Assembly (NCBI RefSeq): GCF_009914755.1
Contig: NC_060925.1
Direction: 5' to 3' (one strand)
From: the human T2T-CHM13v2.0 reference genome, Homo sapiens
DNA: 64,000 nt
A program made the translations under genes and the position numbers. This document shows positions 39,211 to 56,594 of this stretch, piece by piece (the first letter of the stretch is position 1; every line of letters starts with the position of its first letter). The notes below the pieces were generated by a model. It saw only the letters and a list, made by a program, of their open reading frames with translations, did no database searches and was not told the origin of the DNA.

Positions 39211-42200
39211 GAGACAGAGTCTCTCTCTGTCGCCCAGGCTGGAGGCAGTGGTGCGATCTTGGCTCACTGCAACCTCTGCCTCCCAGGTTCAAGCAATTCT
39301 TCTGCCTCAGCAGCCCGAGTAGCTGGGATTACAGGTGTGTACCAGCACACCTGGCTAATCTTTGTATTTTTAGTAGAGATGGGGTTTCACCGTGTTGGCC
39401 AGGCTGGTCCTGAACTGACCTCAAATGATCCACCTGCCTCGCCCTCCCAAAGTGCTGGGATTACAAGGCGTGAGCCACTGCGCCTGGCCGGGGAATTTAA
39501 ATAAAATAAAATAAAATAATAAAAGAAGAGAAGGAAGGAAATAGGTTTACATGTCTTAAGACTGGATATTTCAGTGGTAGAAGAAGAGGGCCAATGATAC
39601 GGAGGGATGTTAACCAATTCTCTACACTTAATAAATTTAAAATTAATATTCTGACTTTTAAAGGCAACCCTTTGGTCCTCCAAAAGATTAACCATAATTC
39701 ATAATGCTAGATGAGCATCTTGGAGCAAGTACTTCTCTTTCACTCTCATAACATTCAACATACTTTGGCCTTGCAAAAAACAAAGTTCAATTAACTGGAT
39801 GGGGTGGCATGTACTTGTAGTCCTAGCTCCTCAGAAGGGTGAGGTAGGAGGATCACTTGAGCTCAAGTTCAGGGTTGCAAAGTGATGGCACTGCTGCACT
39901 CCAGCATGGGTGACAGAGTAAAACTGTTGAAAAGGAAAATAATAAATAAAGGTTGACTAAGAAATTATCTATGCTTTGGGCCTGAAGCGATGGCTCACCC
40001 TGTAATCCCAGCACTTTGGGAGGCCAAGGTGGGTGGATTACTTGAGGTCAGGAATTTGACACCAGCCTGGCCAACATGGTGAAACCCCATCTCTACTAAA
40101 AATACAAAAATTAGTCAGTTGTGGTGGCAGGCGCCTGTAACCCCAGCTACTCAGGAGGCTGAGGCTGGAGAATTGCTTGAGCCTGGGAGGCGGAGATCCT
40201 ACCACTGCACTCTAGCCTGGGCAACAGAGCAAGACTCTGTCTCAAAAAAAAAGAGAAGAAATTATCTATGCTTGGGTTTTTCTTTTTAATATATTAGTTT
40301 TGCAAATATTGATTACCACTTAATAAGTTTTTGTTACAGGCTTTACACTATTCTAAGAGCTTTATACACACTTTGTTAATTAAATCTTATAATAGTATTG
40401 GAGTAGATATTATAGCCCACCCAGGTGAGGAAGTAAAAAATTTGAGATTAAGTAATTTGCCTGTGGTCACCTAGCTACTAAATATTAGAGCTAGAATTTA
40501 AACAAAAACAGTTTTAAGAGAAACAGTTGTGTAATTTTAACAATTTTAAAATACATAAGTTGTTAAAAAGAATGCCCTGGCAATCACCTCATTAAGTAAT
40601 CGGTAGACAGAACAGCTGTACTTTTTAAGGACAGCAGTTTTTAGTACAGAAAATTTGATAGCTACATTTCTGTTCTGATTGTTAAGGCTTTATCCTACTC
40701 CGGAAACTTAATTCACATGTTTCAGTTTCCAGGAACAGCCTGAGCCCTTCCACTATCCTGATTAGAACTCCAGCAGATTTATTTATATTACACTTTGTTT
40801 TTTAAAAAATGACCATTTTGGATGTTTTTGCCGAACTGCTATTTGTAGTAAAAGAATTCAACATATGGTGGTATTCTTAGCTTTACTATTATAGTGGCAA
40901 ATGTACTCTTAAAATATTTGACCTTAGAATTACTAGTTCATTTTAACTACTAGAAATGGAAGAGACCTTGTAAGTGGCCAATTCAACTTCTTACTCAAAG
41001 CAAGAATTATCTTTATAATATTTCTGACAGGCTTACCTTGCTTTTGCTTGGATCCATCTGATGATTAGTAGGTTACTACAGTCACCCCTTAACATTCACA
41101 AAGCATATGTCCTAAGATCTTACAAATTTCCGTATTTAGCATTCAAACCTCTTCACTTTCGCCTTCCGTGATCTACACTAGGATTTGGCCTCCTCTTCAC
41201 TGCTCTTCCCCACCCTGCCCCCCTCCCTCAAGAAAGAAACAGATTTCTCTTTGTAAGAGTTATTGTATCCCCTAAAAGAAAACAAAGCTCTGGGCCTGGG
41301 GTCTCAGCATTAGGAGTGGTGAGGGATATCCAAGCTTATTTTCTAGATGCATACCTCATGGCATGTTAGTTACATTTTGTGCTTTAGCAAAATTACACGT
41401 CATTTCACAGCTCTTTGGGTTATTTGGCAAATTGTTAAAGTAATGCTATAAGTTTTAGTTTAATGTAACTTACTCACTTATGGATAAACTGAACAGTTTT
41501 TCCTTTGCATTCAGTCGTTTGTTAATGTTTGTCTTCATGAAGCCTGGAGTTGAGCATAATACTCTAAACATACTGTGACAAACATAAAATTCAGTGGAAC
41601 TGTTATGACTCCAAATCTGTGCATTAGATTTCTATTAAAATTTTATAAAGCAGTATTGTCACACTACTAGCTGTCACAGCTAGAACCTTTTTCACATGAC
41701 AGTCTGGGTCTGTATTCTGCATTTATGAAATCCAGTTTCTGAACTGTTAATATGACTGTATAACTAATTGTTTAATTCTGCCTAGCATTCTAAGACCTTT
41801 AAAAATCTTGGTCATGGAATACATTGGTACTCCTTCAGATGTATATATTATTTCATATGCCATGTTTACTTTCCAAGTCTTTATTCAAGTTATTGACATG
41901 GAAAAGGACAGGGTCCAACATATCCAGGCCAAATTATTTCATATTGACCACATTCTTTTAAATATAAAATGATTTTCTACTTCAAACATTGTGTGATTCT
42001 CATTTGTATTAAGTTTATTTAAGGAGAAGTATGTAAATGACTAGTACTTTCAGTAGTCTTAAAAAATCAAGTGGATTGAGGGAAGGAAGTGACTAAATTT
42101 TTTTAAGGTTTATATTTTGTGGATGCTGATTCACTTGGAACTAGGAGTGTGGTGAATATTTGGGCTTTTTTATTTTAAATGGGCAATTTAGTTAAAATTT

Positions 42201-42251
42201 GAGTGATAAAATTCTGGTTTTTGAAGTTAATGCATCAGTCTCCCCTCATCA

Positions 42252-42597
42252 TAGTTCAGGCTGCCATAACAAAATAGTATAGACTGGATGGCTTAAAAAA
42301 CAGAAATTTATTTCTGACAGTTTTGGAGGCTGGAAGTCTGAGATCAGGGTGCCAGCATAGTAGTTCTGGTGAGGGCTCTTCCTAGCTTGCACACAGCCAC
42401 CTTCTGACTGTATTCTCTAATGGAGAAGAGAGCAAGCTCTGGTATCTCTTTTTATAAGGACACTAATCCCCTCATGGCCCGTACAACCTCATCTAAATCT
42501 AATTACCTCACCAAGGCCCCATCTCCAAATATCAGCCCAGGGGATTTAGGGATTCAACATATGAATGTCAGGGGGGCACCCATCAGTCCATCAGCAC
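42252..42597 (-). mobile_element. MLT1A-like MaLR LTR
   Basis: GGCTGCCATAACAAAA...CAGAAATTTATTTCT.ACAGTT.TGGAGGCTGGAAGTC. Confidence 0.8.
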
Positions 42598-43191
42598 CCC
42601 TGCCCCCTTTACGATTTTTAGAGCTTTGATTTTTGTGCCTTTTTTTTTTTTTTTTTTTTTTTTGCAGGGTCTCCCCCTGTTGCCCTGGCTGGAGTACAGT
42701 GGTGCTATCTTGGCTCACTACAGCCTCTGCCTCCCGGGTGCAAGCGATTCTCTTGCCTCAGCCTCCCTAGTAGCTGAGACTACAGGTGCACGCCACCACA
42801 CCCAGCTAATTTTTGTATTTTTAGTAGAGATGGTATTTTGCCATGTTGGCCAGGCTGGTCTGGAAGTCCTGACCTCAAGTGATCCACCTGCCTTGGCCTC
42901 CCAGAGTGCTAGGATTACAGATGTGAGCCACTGCGCCTGGCCTGATTCTTGTTTTTTACAAGTTACAAAAATAATACAAAGAATTACCATATTCCTTCAT
43001 TCAGATTCCCCACTTGTTAATATTTTACCATATTTACTTTATTATTTTCTGTATAGTATGCACATAGGCACACACATGCACTCTGTGCTTGGTTTTTAAT
43101 GGCTGCTGTCTAAACCCTGTCATCACCAGAAACTTTAAATTTATTTCACAAGCTCTTATTCCTTACTTGTATTACAAAATGACATTTCTAG

Positions 43192-43587
<396 letters not shown>

Positions 43588-44079
43588 TGATATCTTATTC
43601 TATATTGTAATGCAGTATGTTTGATAATGAAAACATGAATCATTTAGGGTCTCTTAAGTGACATTTATTGTTTTATATTTCAGTTTGTTAATTTCTCAAA
43701 ATGAAAGTTCAATCCTGATTTTTTAAATAATGAGATTATGTTGGGCACTGGCTTTGAAGTCAGCCTGGATTTAATCTTGACTCTACCACTTTCCAGCTCT
43801 GTGTGTTTTGAGCAAATTACTTTACTTCTCTAAGATTGCTTCTTCATTGGTAATTTTCAGTGATTTAGGCTTTAAGCCCTTCTTAGTCCTAATCTGGTTT
43901 TTATTTTTATTTTTATTTATTTATTTTGAGACAGGGTCTTACTCTGTCTATTGCCGAGGCTGTAATACAGTGGCACAGTCATGGCTCACTGTAGCCTCAA
44001 CCTCCTAGGCTCAAGCGATCCTTCTGTCTCAGTCTCCTGAGCATCTGGGAGACAGGCATGTGCCACCAGGCCTGGCTAA

Positions 44080-44446
<367 letters not shown>

Positions 44447-44662
44447 TAAGAAAAGACAAAGTCTTGCTGTGTTGCCCAGGCTGGTCTTGAACTCCTGAGC
44501 TCAAGCCATCCTTCCGCCTCGGCTTCCGAAATTCCTGGAATTACAGGCATGAGCCACTATGCCCTGCCAATAATTACTATTTTATTGCTAGAGCTTTTAG
44601 TCAACCTTAACTGAAATCACCAGTCCTTTCTGCTCTCCTCCTCATTCTCTTCTGACTTCCTC

Positions 44663-44998
44663 TCTTAGTCCATTCATGCTGCTGTAACAAAATGCCTGAG
44701 ACTGGGTAACTTATAAATAACAGAAATTAATTTCTGTTGGTACTGAAGGCTGGAAAGTCCAAGATCAAGTTATCGACAGGCAGGATCTCCGCCTCCAAGA
44801 TGGCACCTTGTTCATGTCCTCAGATGACAGAAGTGCATAGCTAGTTCCCTCCAGCCCTTTCATAAGGCACACATCACATCTGTGAGGGCAGAGCCCACAT
44901 GGCCCAATCACCTCCTAAAGACCCCACCTCTTAAAAGTGTTGCATTGGGGGTTAAGTTTCAGCATGAAATTTGGAAGAAACATAGGCATTCAAACCAT
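44663..44998 (-). mobile_element. MST/MLT1A-like MaLR LTR
   Basis: TCTTAGTCCATT..TGCTGCTGTAACAAAA..CCTGAGACTGGGTAA; GGGGGTTAAGTTTCA.CATGAA.TTTGG. Confidence 0.78.
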
Positions 44999-46026
44999 TT
45001 TCTTTCACTGTCTGGATTAGACTTCAGTAAAACATTACTCCAGAAATTCTGGCAGTATCTTCATCCACCTTGCTTTTCTTTACTAGTTTACTGATTACTG
45101 GTGCAACTCTAATCTCTGATTCAGTCCATCTGCTTTTGTGCTTCCTACCACTCCCAACTCCCTGGATGTCCTACTGGACATTGAAGAGAATCGTAACTGC
45201 ACAAACTTGGAAATTCTGTATACCCTTGCTCTCCAGCTTCTACTGGGCTTTCTTTTTTTTGTTTTTGGAGGGGAGACTGGGTCTTGCTTTGTTGCCCAGC
45301 AGTTGCGATCATCGCTCACTGCAGCCTGGAACTCCTGGGTTCAAATGGCCCTTCCACCTCAGCCTCCTGAGTAGCTGGGACGGGGACTATAAACATACTC
45401 TACCATACCTGGCCAATTGTTCATTTTGTTTAGAGACCAAGATCTCTCACTAAGTTGCACAGGCTGATCTGGAGCTCCTGGGCTCAAGCATTCCTCCCTC
45501 CTTGGCTTCCCAAAGTGCTGGGATTATAGGCTTGAGCCATGACACTCAGCCCTACTAAGCTTTCAGTGCTTCTTCCCAATGTCTTGGCTGTCTTTCACAT
45601 TCTCCCATTTGCTTTTCAAACCTTTTCCAGCCTCCTCAAATTTCTAAATTCTGCCTCCACTCAGTGGATGAGGAAAGCACGTCTCTTGTTCATCTGTTCC
45701 TAGCAGTGCCTGGTATATGGTAGACACTGGGTAAATATTTGTACGAGTGAATAGGGGAACTAATCATTTTGAGTTTGAAGTTCCAACAGGAAATGTAAGT
45801 GATGTTTTGTAGATCATTAAAACTGTGTATCTAAAGATTGTAGCTTGAAGGAAAGTTTTGGAATTGTCCTTACTGATAATATTTGAAGCAGTGAACAGCA
45901 GATGAGATGGCCAAAGGAGAAAGCACTTATTAATAGAAAAGGGAGAGATGGGCCGGGCACGGTGGCTCACGCCTGTAATCTCAGCACTTTGGGATTACTA
46001 CTCAGGAGGCCGAGGCAGGTGGATCA

Positions 46027-46350
<324 letters not shown>

Positions 46351-47385
46351 CTATTTAACTTTTATATTTATATGTGATACTTGACTATTATCAATTAGTT
46401 AATACACATTATTTCCTGATTTACAAATGTTCTGTAAAACACTTGTAGAGTATACTTCTCTGGAAATTGTTGTCGTTCATTTTTAATGTTAACTATTTAA
46501 ATCTGGGGGACACTGTATTTTCCAGGGGAACTGAACTCTCATCATGAGAATAATGAGGAAAGAACGGTAAACAGAGCTTGGATATTTAGAAACCCATTGT
46601 GGCCAGAAAGAAAGTTATGTCATTCAGTTGAATTTAGCAAATTGCAATTTGCCGAAGTATGGGGGTTATTTTTCCAAATATACTAAATTTTCAGTATTGC
46701 TTAAAATAAGGTTTTCAGTATTAAAACTAGAATCTTATAGTTTTGAGTACCAAAGGAATTTGAGAGACCATAGCTAATCTCTTTAACAAATGTGGAAACC
46801 ACTTAGACTTTTTTCTTCCAGATTTTCTCTTCTTTTTAATTGTAATTTTTTTCATTTTTAGAGACAATCTTGCTGTGTCACCCAGGCTTGAGTGGACTGG
46901 TGCAATCATAGCTCACTGCAGCCCTGAACTTCTGCTGAGGCTGTCCTCCTGCCTCAGCCTCTTAAGTAGCTTGAACTACCGGTACACGCCACCATGCCTG
47001 GCTACTTTTTAGTTGTTTTGTTAGAGACAGTCTCACTATGTTGCCCAGGTTGTCTCCAGAGAGTTTCAATCTAGGATAGCTATCCTTTCATGAAAAACGT
47101 CCTTTTGTTATCACTGTTCAGTGTCATTCTTTGATTTTAAAAGGTTAATGTATATATTAAACTGCTGCCTTCCAAATTTCTTTTAGACCTTTTGGAAACA
47201 ATCTGCTTTAAAATCCCTGGCTTCCTTTTTTTCCTCCTAAACTTCTTCTTTCATTTCTTTTTTTCCTCCCCCCAAAAACAAAACTGTTACAAGGTAATAT
47301 TTGCTGTACAAAATATGGAAAATGCAGATGCACATGTCTTGTTTTGTTTTGTTTTTTGAGACAGGGTCTTACTCTCTTGGCCTAG

Positions 47386-47700
<315 letters not shown>

Positions 47701-49103
47701 TAGCTGGGACTGCAGGTGCCCGCCACAATGCCCTGTTAATTTTTGTATTTTTTGTAGAAACAGAGTTTTGTCATGTTGCCCAGGCTGGTCTCAAACTCCT
47801 GAGCTCAAGTGATCTGCATGCTTTGGCCTCCCAAAGTGCTGGCATTACAGATGTGAGCCACCACTCCCAGCTGAGGTGTACCTGTTTTGATACATCTAAT
47901 TACAATGAAAAATGCTAGTTTCTTACCAGCATTGCTCAGTCAGTCATAGAACCTTGAACTTAAAATAATGATTTTCTCTTCCTTAAACAGAGAAAGAAAG
48001 GTGTGTTATTCAGAAGGTTTTGTTTTTACAGGCTGATCCTCTGCCCTTAATGATTGAGATTTTTAGATACATGGCTAGTAGGACAGTAATATAAAAAGTA
48101 CTAACATTGTAAAAGTAATAAAAAAGCTTTTCAAAATTAAAATTGATATAGGTAGAGGGTATACTTATTTTGATATCCTCTATAACTGTGTGGATGGGTT
48201 TTGAAATCAGAGCTGGCAAGCTGAAGGCAAATGCTACTGAGCATGCTGTTTCAAGGGTTTTGGGATTACTAATTATGTAAATTGTACCATTTTGTTACTT
48301 AAATGTGGTTATGCTGAGTGCATCTGTGCCTACTCAGCAATTGAGATTTTTTTACTAGCTTTTTCCTCCAGTGGCTTTTCTTGCCATTAAAACCTTTTTT
48401 GTTTTTTTATTGCAAATGAGAGATGGGGGTCTTGCTGGTATTGCCCAGGCTGGGCTTGGACTCAAATAATCATCCCACCCCTGCCTTCTCAGTAGCTGGG
48501 ACTCCAGGTATACACCACCACACCCAGCTTTTTTTGTGGCATTTAGAATAAACTCAAGGATAACACTTCTAATCCAAGGCTCTGCAAAATGTGACTTTTG
48601 CCTACTCTGATTTCATCTCCTGCCTGTCTCCCTGAGACATGACTTTTACACTTGAACGTTCTTAGATTGAAATTGGTTTGCTTTTCAGTGGTTCTCAACT
48701 GTGGGTACAGTTTAGAGACACTTGGGGAACTTTTCAAAAAATACTATTGCCAGGCCTGGCCCAAGAAATTCTGATTTAATTGCCTGGCATGGGGCCTTGA
48801 CATACAATTTTTTTTTAAAACTTTGGATAACTGTGCAGCCTAAGTTGAAAACCACTGATTGGTTTTCCTTAACTCCTGTCCCCTTTTCAGAGAGGTCTTC
48901 TGGACCTTTGCTATCCTATCCAAAGTCCCCTTTACCTCTTTGCTGCCCCTTTTTACCCAGTTGAGTTTTTCATTCCTACATTTTTATTTACTTGTTTATT
49001 GTTTTGTTAAAAGTTCCATGAAGGCAGGGGCATCATCTGTATTTTCATAACATATCCTAATATCTGAAACACCAAAAAAGGCTTGTTTCTGTGTAACCTG
49101 TAG

Positions 49104-49289
<186 letters not shown>

Positions 49290-49775
49290 TGACTACCTGG
49301 GATTACAGGCATGCACCACACACCCGGCTAGTTTTTATACTTTTAGTAGAGATGAGGTTTCACCATGTTGGCAGAACTGGTCTCAAACTCCTGACCTCAA
49401 ATGATTCGCCTGCCTTGGCCTCCCAAAGTGCTGGGATTACAGCATGAGCCACCGCGCCAAGCCGACTTTGGTTTTGTTATCTAAGGTTTTAATGTCCAAT
49501 GGCAAAGGCATATAAGAGAGAAGTAAATACTTTATCCCTTGGAAACAGTGTTACAGGTGTGGGTTAGGTTCCCATGCAGGTGCACAAAAACTAGAGGCAT
49601 TACCATAAACACCTTTGGTGGTAGAAGGAGGCTTATTGATAATGATAGAGTGCTCAGTGAATGTTCATATAAATGTGTTTGTAGGCCGGGTGTGGTGGCT
49701 CACACCTGTAATCTCAGCACTTTAGGAGGATGAGGCAGGTGGATCATCTGAGGTCAGGAGTTCGAGACTAGCCTA

Positions 49776-49997
<222 letters not shown>

Positions 49998-50149
49998 TCA
50001 AAGTGATGGTGCTATTTTCATTTCCGGTTCTTTAATATTCTTGCCAAAACCTGATATAATCATTCTATAATTTTAGCAATTGTATTGGATGTGTGGAGGT
50101 ATTTTATTTCGGTTTAAATTTGCATTTCCCAAATACAAATGATGCTGAG

Positions 50150-50514
50150 TGTATTAGTTTGTTCTCACATGGCTAAAGACATACCCAAGACTGGGCAATT
50201 TATAAAGTAAAGAGGTTTAATTGACTCACAGTTCCACATGGCTGGGGAGGCCTCACAATCATGGCAGAAGGCAAAGAGGAGCAAAGCTGCGTCTTACATG
50301 GCAGCAGACAAAGAGAGAGAACTTGTACAGGGAAACTTCCCTTTATAAAACCATCAGATCTCTTTAGAATTATTCACTATCACAAGAACAGCACAGGAAA
50401 AACCCGTCCCCATGATTCAGTTACCTTCCACCGAGTCCCTCCCATGACATGTGGGAATTGAGGGAGGTACAATTCAAGATGAAATTTGGTTGGGGACAGA
50501 GCCAAACCATATCA
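50150..50514 (-). mobile_element. THE1 solo LTR nested in L1M
   Basis: THE1 consensus motifs and a perfect 5-bp TSD CTGAG (50145-50149 / 50515-50519). Confidence 0.92.
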
Positions 50515-51488
50515 CTGAGTATCTTCATATGCTTACTTACCATTTGTATATGTCTGGTGAAGTGTCTCTTCAAATCTCCTGCCGATTTTTAAAAACTGGG
50601 TTGGTTGTTATGAGAGTTTTGTATGTATTCTTGATAAAAGTTCTTTCTCAGATCTATGATTTGACAATTTTTTTTCCAGACTCTAGTTTGTCCTTTAGTT
50701 CTCAACATTATCTTTCAAAAAGCAAAAGTCCAGTTTATAAATTTCATTTTTTATAGATTGTGCTTTTGGTGTTATATCTAAGAAGTCCTTATCTAAACCC
50801 AGTGTCACAAAGATTTTCTATGTTTTCTCTGGAAGTTTTACAGTTTCAGGTTTTACATTTTGTCTATGGTTCATTTTTGAGTTGAGTTTCATATATGGTG
50901 TAAGGTATGAATCAGTGTTAAGTTTTTAATATTATGTACACATAATTGCTCCAGTATCATTTTTGGGAAGACTGTCCTTTATCCACTGAATTTCTTTGCA
51001 TTTGTCAAAAATCAAATGCTTATGTGTATTTATATTTCTAGACTCTATTCTGCTCCACTGAACTATTTGTCTTATTTTTACACCAGTACCACACTGTCTT
51101 CATTGCTGTGCCTTAAGTCTTGAAAGCAAGTAGTATTCACCTTCCAATTTCATTCTTTTCAAAGCTGGCGGGGTGGAGGGTAGGGGGTGGGTGGTGCTGT
51201 TCTAGAGCCAGTCCATTTCTTTATAAATTTTAGAATCAGCTTGACAACTTTTGTCCTCCAATAAATTTCTTCTGAGGTTTTGTTGGGGATTGCTTTGAAT
51301 CTGTAGATAAACTTGAAAATAATTGACATCTTAATATTGGGTCTTGTGATCCATGAACATGGCATAAGTTCTTATGCCATGTTTGTGTAGCTTTTTAAAT
51401 AACGTTTTGTAGTGTTCAATGTGTAGGTCTTACGTATCTTTTGTCAGATGTATCCCTAAGTATTTCAATTTTTTTTTTTTTTTTTTGA

Positions 51489-51985
<497 letters not shown>

Positions 51986-52231
51986 TGAATTTTTTTTTGT
52001 TGTTTCTTTCTTATTTTGCTGGGTGGAACTTTTAGTATAGTGTTGAACAGAAAGAAGTGTTAAGAGAGAGTGGATATCCTTACCTCATTTCTCTTCATTG
52101 AAGGGAACAGAAGGGCAAGCATACAAACTTTTGACTGTTCCCTTCTATTCCTATTTATTGAGGTTTTTGTTTTGTTTCTGTTTTTCAAATCAGGAATGGG
52201 TTGATTTTTGTCAGATAGTTTTTCTGCATCC

Positions 52232-52517
52232 ACATCATGCACTGCATAACGATGTTTCAGTCAACAGTGGGCCGCATATATGACAGTGGCCTCATAAGAT
52301 TATAATACCATATTTTTACTGTACGCTTTCTATGTTTAGACATGTTTCGATATACAAATATTTCAGCTTTTGTTACCGTTGTGTACAGTATTCAGTACAG
52401 TAACATGCTGTGCAGGTTTGAAGCCTAGGAGCAATAGACTATACCATATAGCCTTGGTGTTCAGTAGGCTATGCCATCTACATTTGTAAGTACACACTAT
52501 GATGACACAGTGGTGAA
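52232..52517. mobile_element. Tigger3a-like DNA transposon, truncated
   Basis: CATGC.C.GCATAACGA.GTTTC.GTCAAC...CATAAGATTATAATACC.TATTTTTACTGTAC. Confidence 0.72.
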
Positions 52518-53127
52518 AAGTAGAGCCAGGGTTTCACCATTTTGGCTAGACTGGTCTCGAACTCCTGACTTTAAGTGATCTGTCCACCTTAGCCTCCCAA
52601 AGTGCTGGGAATACAGGCATGAGCCACCGTGCCCAGCCAATTTTGCCTTTATTTTTGGAAGATGTTTTGCTGCATGTAGAATTCTGTTTTTATTTTTTCT
52701 TTCAGTACTTTAAGCATGTAGCTCTACTGCTTGCAGCATTTCCCATGAGGATTCTGCTGTTATTCTGTTTCTCTGTATGTAAAGCAACATTTTCTCTTGT
52801 TACTTTTAAGATTTTCTCTTTATCATTGGTTTTAAATACTTTGATTATGATGGGCTTTGGTGTGGGTTCTTCACGTTTCTTAGACTTGGGCTTTGTTGAG
52901 TCTTTTGGATCTGGGTTTGCAGTTTTCATCAAATTTGTACCATTTTGGCCATTGTTTTTTCACTTTCTCAAGCCCCTCTATGTGTAACACCAATTACACA
53001 TAGATTAGGCTGTTTGAAGTTGTCTTAAGGTTCACTTAAGGTCTTTTTTTTTTTTTTAAGCTTTTTCCACTTTATCTTTCCCATTGGATAGCTTCTATTG
53101 ATGGCTTCAGATTCACTATTTTTTTTC

Positions 53128-53129
<2 letters not shown>

Positions 53130-53161
<32 letters not shown>
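53130..53161 (+). repeat. (TG)16 microsatellite
   Basis: Read directly. Confidence 0.97.
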
Positions 53162-53165
<4 letters not shown>

Positions 53166-55288
53166 AATTGGAAAGGGGAGTTTTCTTTTTCATAAAGGGT
53201 TGCAGCCTGCAGTATTGTTTCCTTTGGCAGTGTGTCTAAAATGCTAGTAATACCAATTGGTGTATTTTTTTCTCTATGTTTTGATGTTTTCATGTCTTTT
53301 GTGTCTCTATTTGTATTCAATCTTTAGCTTGTTGAACATATAGAATACAGTTATAAAGTAGCTTTTTCTTAGACAAGGTGACATAAGAAAAATAACTTCT
53401 AACATTTTTGTCCACTAATTCTAACATCAATAGTCAAGACTAGGTTGGTTTCACTTGCTTGATTCCCCTCCCCACCCCCCTTGATTCTGGGATTCAGTTA
53501 AGTTACTGGGAAACTGTTTGATCTTTTCAAGTGTAGCTTTAAGGTCTGTTAGACAAGCCAGATGTGGTGACACATGCCTGTAATCCCACCTACTGGGAAG
53601 AACCGAGGTGGGAGGATCACTTGAGACCAGCTTGGGCAACATAGTGAGACTCCATCTCATTTATTTAACATAAAAAGAAGAAAAGATTTGTTAGACAAGA
53701 TCAGAGCAGTATTTACATTAGGGTAATTTTCACCCACTGCTGGAGGCAAGGCTTTGCTCAGTACTCTACCTGGGTTGGGTGCAGTGGCTCACGTCTGTAA
53801 TCGCAGCACTTTGGGAGGCCGAGGACGGTGGATCACCTGAGATCAGGAGTTCAAGACCACCCTGACCAACATGGTGAAACCCCTTCTTTACTAAAAATAC
53901 AAAAATTAGCCGGGCATGGTGGCAGACGCCCGTAGTCCCAACTACTTGGGAGGCAGAAGCAGGAGGATCACTTGAACCCAAGAGGCAGAGGTTTCAGTGA
54001 GCTGAGATTGCATTACTGTACTTAAGTAGCCTGGGCAACAGAGTTAGACTCTGTCTCAAAAAAAAAATCTCTACCTAATGCCTGGTGAAGCATGTCATGT
54101 CATCTTTTTAGTCTTGGTTGTGAAACAGGTACTATTCCCAGCCCTTTATGAACTTCAGGCACTGTTCCCCTCTGATCCTCTCAGGTCTTTCTTTGCTGGC
54201 TTGTTAACAATATTAATTCTTCCAATCTGTGAATGTGGGCTATCTTTCTATTTATTTCGATTTCTTGTATCAATATTTTATAGTTTTCAGTGTATGGGTA
54301 TTTTGCTCCCTTGGTTAGATTACTCCTAAGAACTTTATTCTTTTTGATGCTCTAGTAAATGGGATTGTTTTCTTGATTTCCTTTTCATCTAGGTTGTTAT
54401 TTGTGAAAAGAAATGCAACTGATTTTTTGTATGTTGATTTTGTATCCTGTTGCTTTACTGAGTTCATTTATTAGTTTCAACAGTTTTTGTGAAATTTTAG
54501 AGTTTTCTACTTAAAAGATCATGTCATCTGCAAACAGGGATAGTTTTACTTCCCTTCTGATTTGTGATACCTTTTATTCCTTTTTTTGGTCTGATTGTTG
54601 TTGCTAGTCCTTCCAGCACTGTGTTGAATAGAAATGGTAAAAGTGGACATTCTAGCTGTGTACTAGATTTCAGGAAAAAGCCTTCAGGTTTTTCCCATTG
54701 ATTTTGATGTTAGCTGTGGGATTTTTGTAAATGACCTTTATTATGTTGAGGAATTTTCCTCTGTACCTGTTTTGTTGAGAGTTTTTATCATGAAAGGATG
54801 TTAAACTTTGTCACGTGGTTTTCTGCATTTATTGAGATGATCATTTGGTTTTTACTTTTCATTCTGTTAAACTGTGGTATATCACATTGATTTGCATATA
54901 TTAAACCAATCTTGCATTCTAGGGATAAATCAAACTTGGTTTAATGTGTTATTGAGAAGGATTGGTATTGTCTTGATTTTAAGTAGGGAAGTTAAGGTTC
55001 ATTTTATGATTCTTTTAAGCTTGAGTGTTCTGCGATGGCTAGAGTTAAATCGGATGTTCTATAACCCTGTGGTTAAATTGTGTATTACTACTTTGTGTTC
55101 CTTCATAAGAATATGGAGAAGCTGAACTTGACATTTTATTTTGATTTTTGTTTAGTTGTAACGTTGGACATTTTAATACGCTTGCTTACTAACATTTCTC
55201 TAGTGAATTGTCTGTTCAAAGCTTTACTCTTTGGGCTGCTTTGATTTGTTGAGTTCTTATAACATATTTACATTTTGTCAAGTGTTGA

Positions 55289-56594
<1,306 letters not shown>

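Noticed and set aside
45991-46010. 13-nt insertion in an Alu resembling TTACTACTCA at ~47611
   Set aside because: The match is too short. It can be explained by Alu right-arm similarity or chance.
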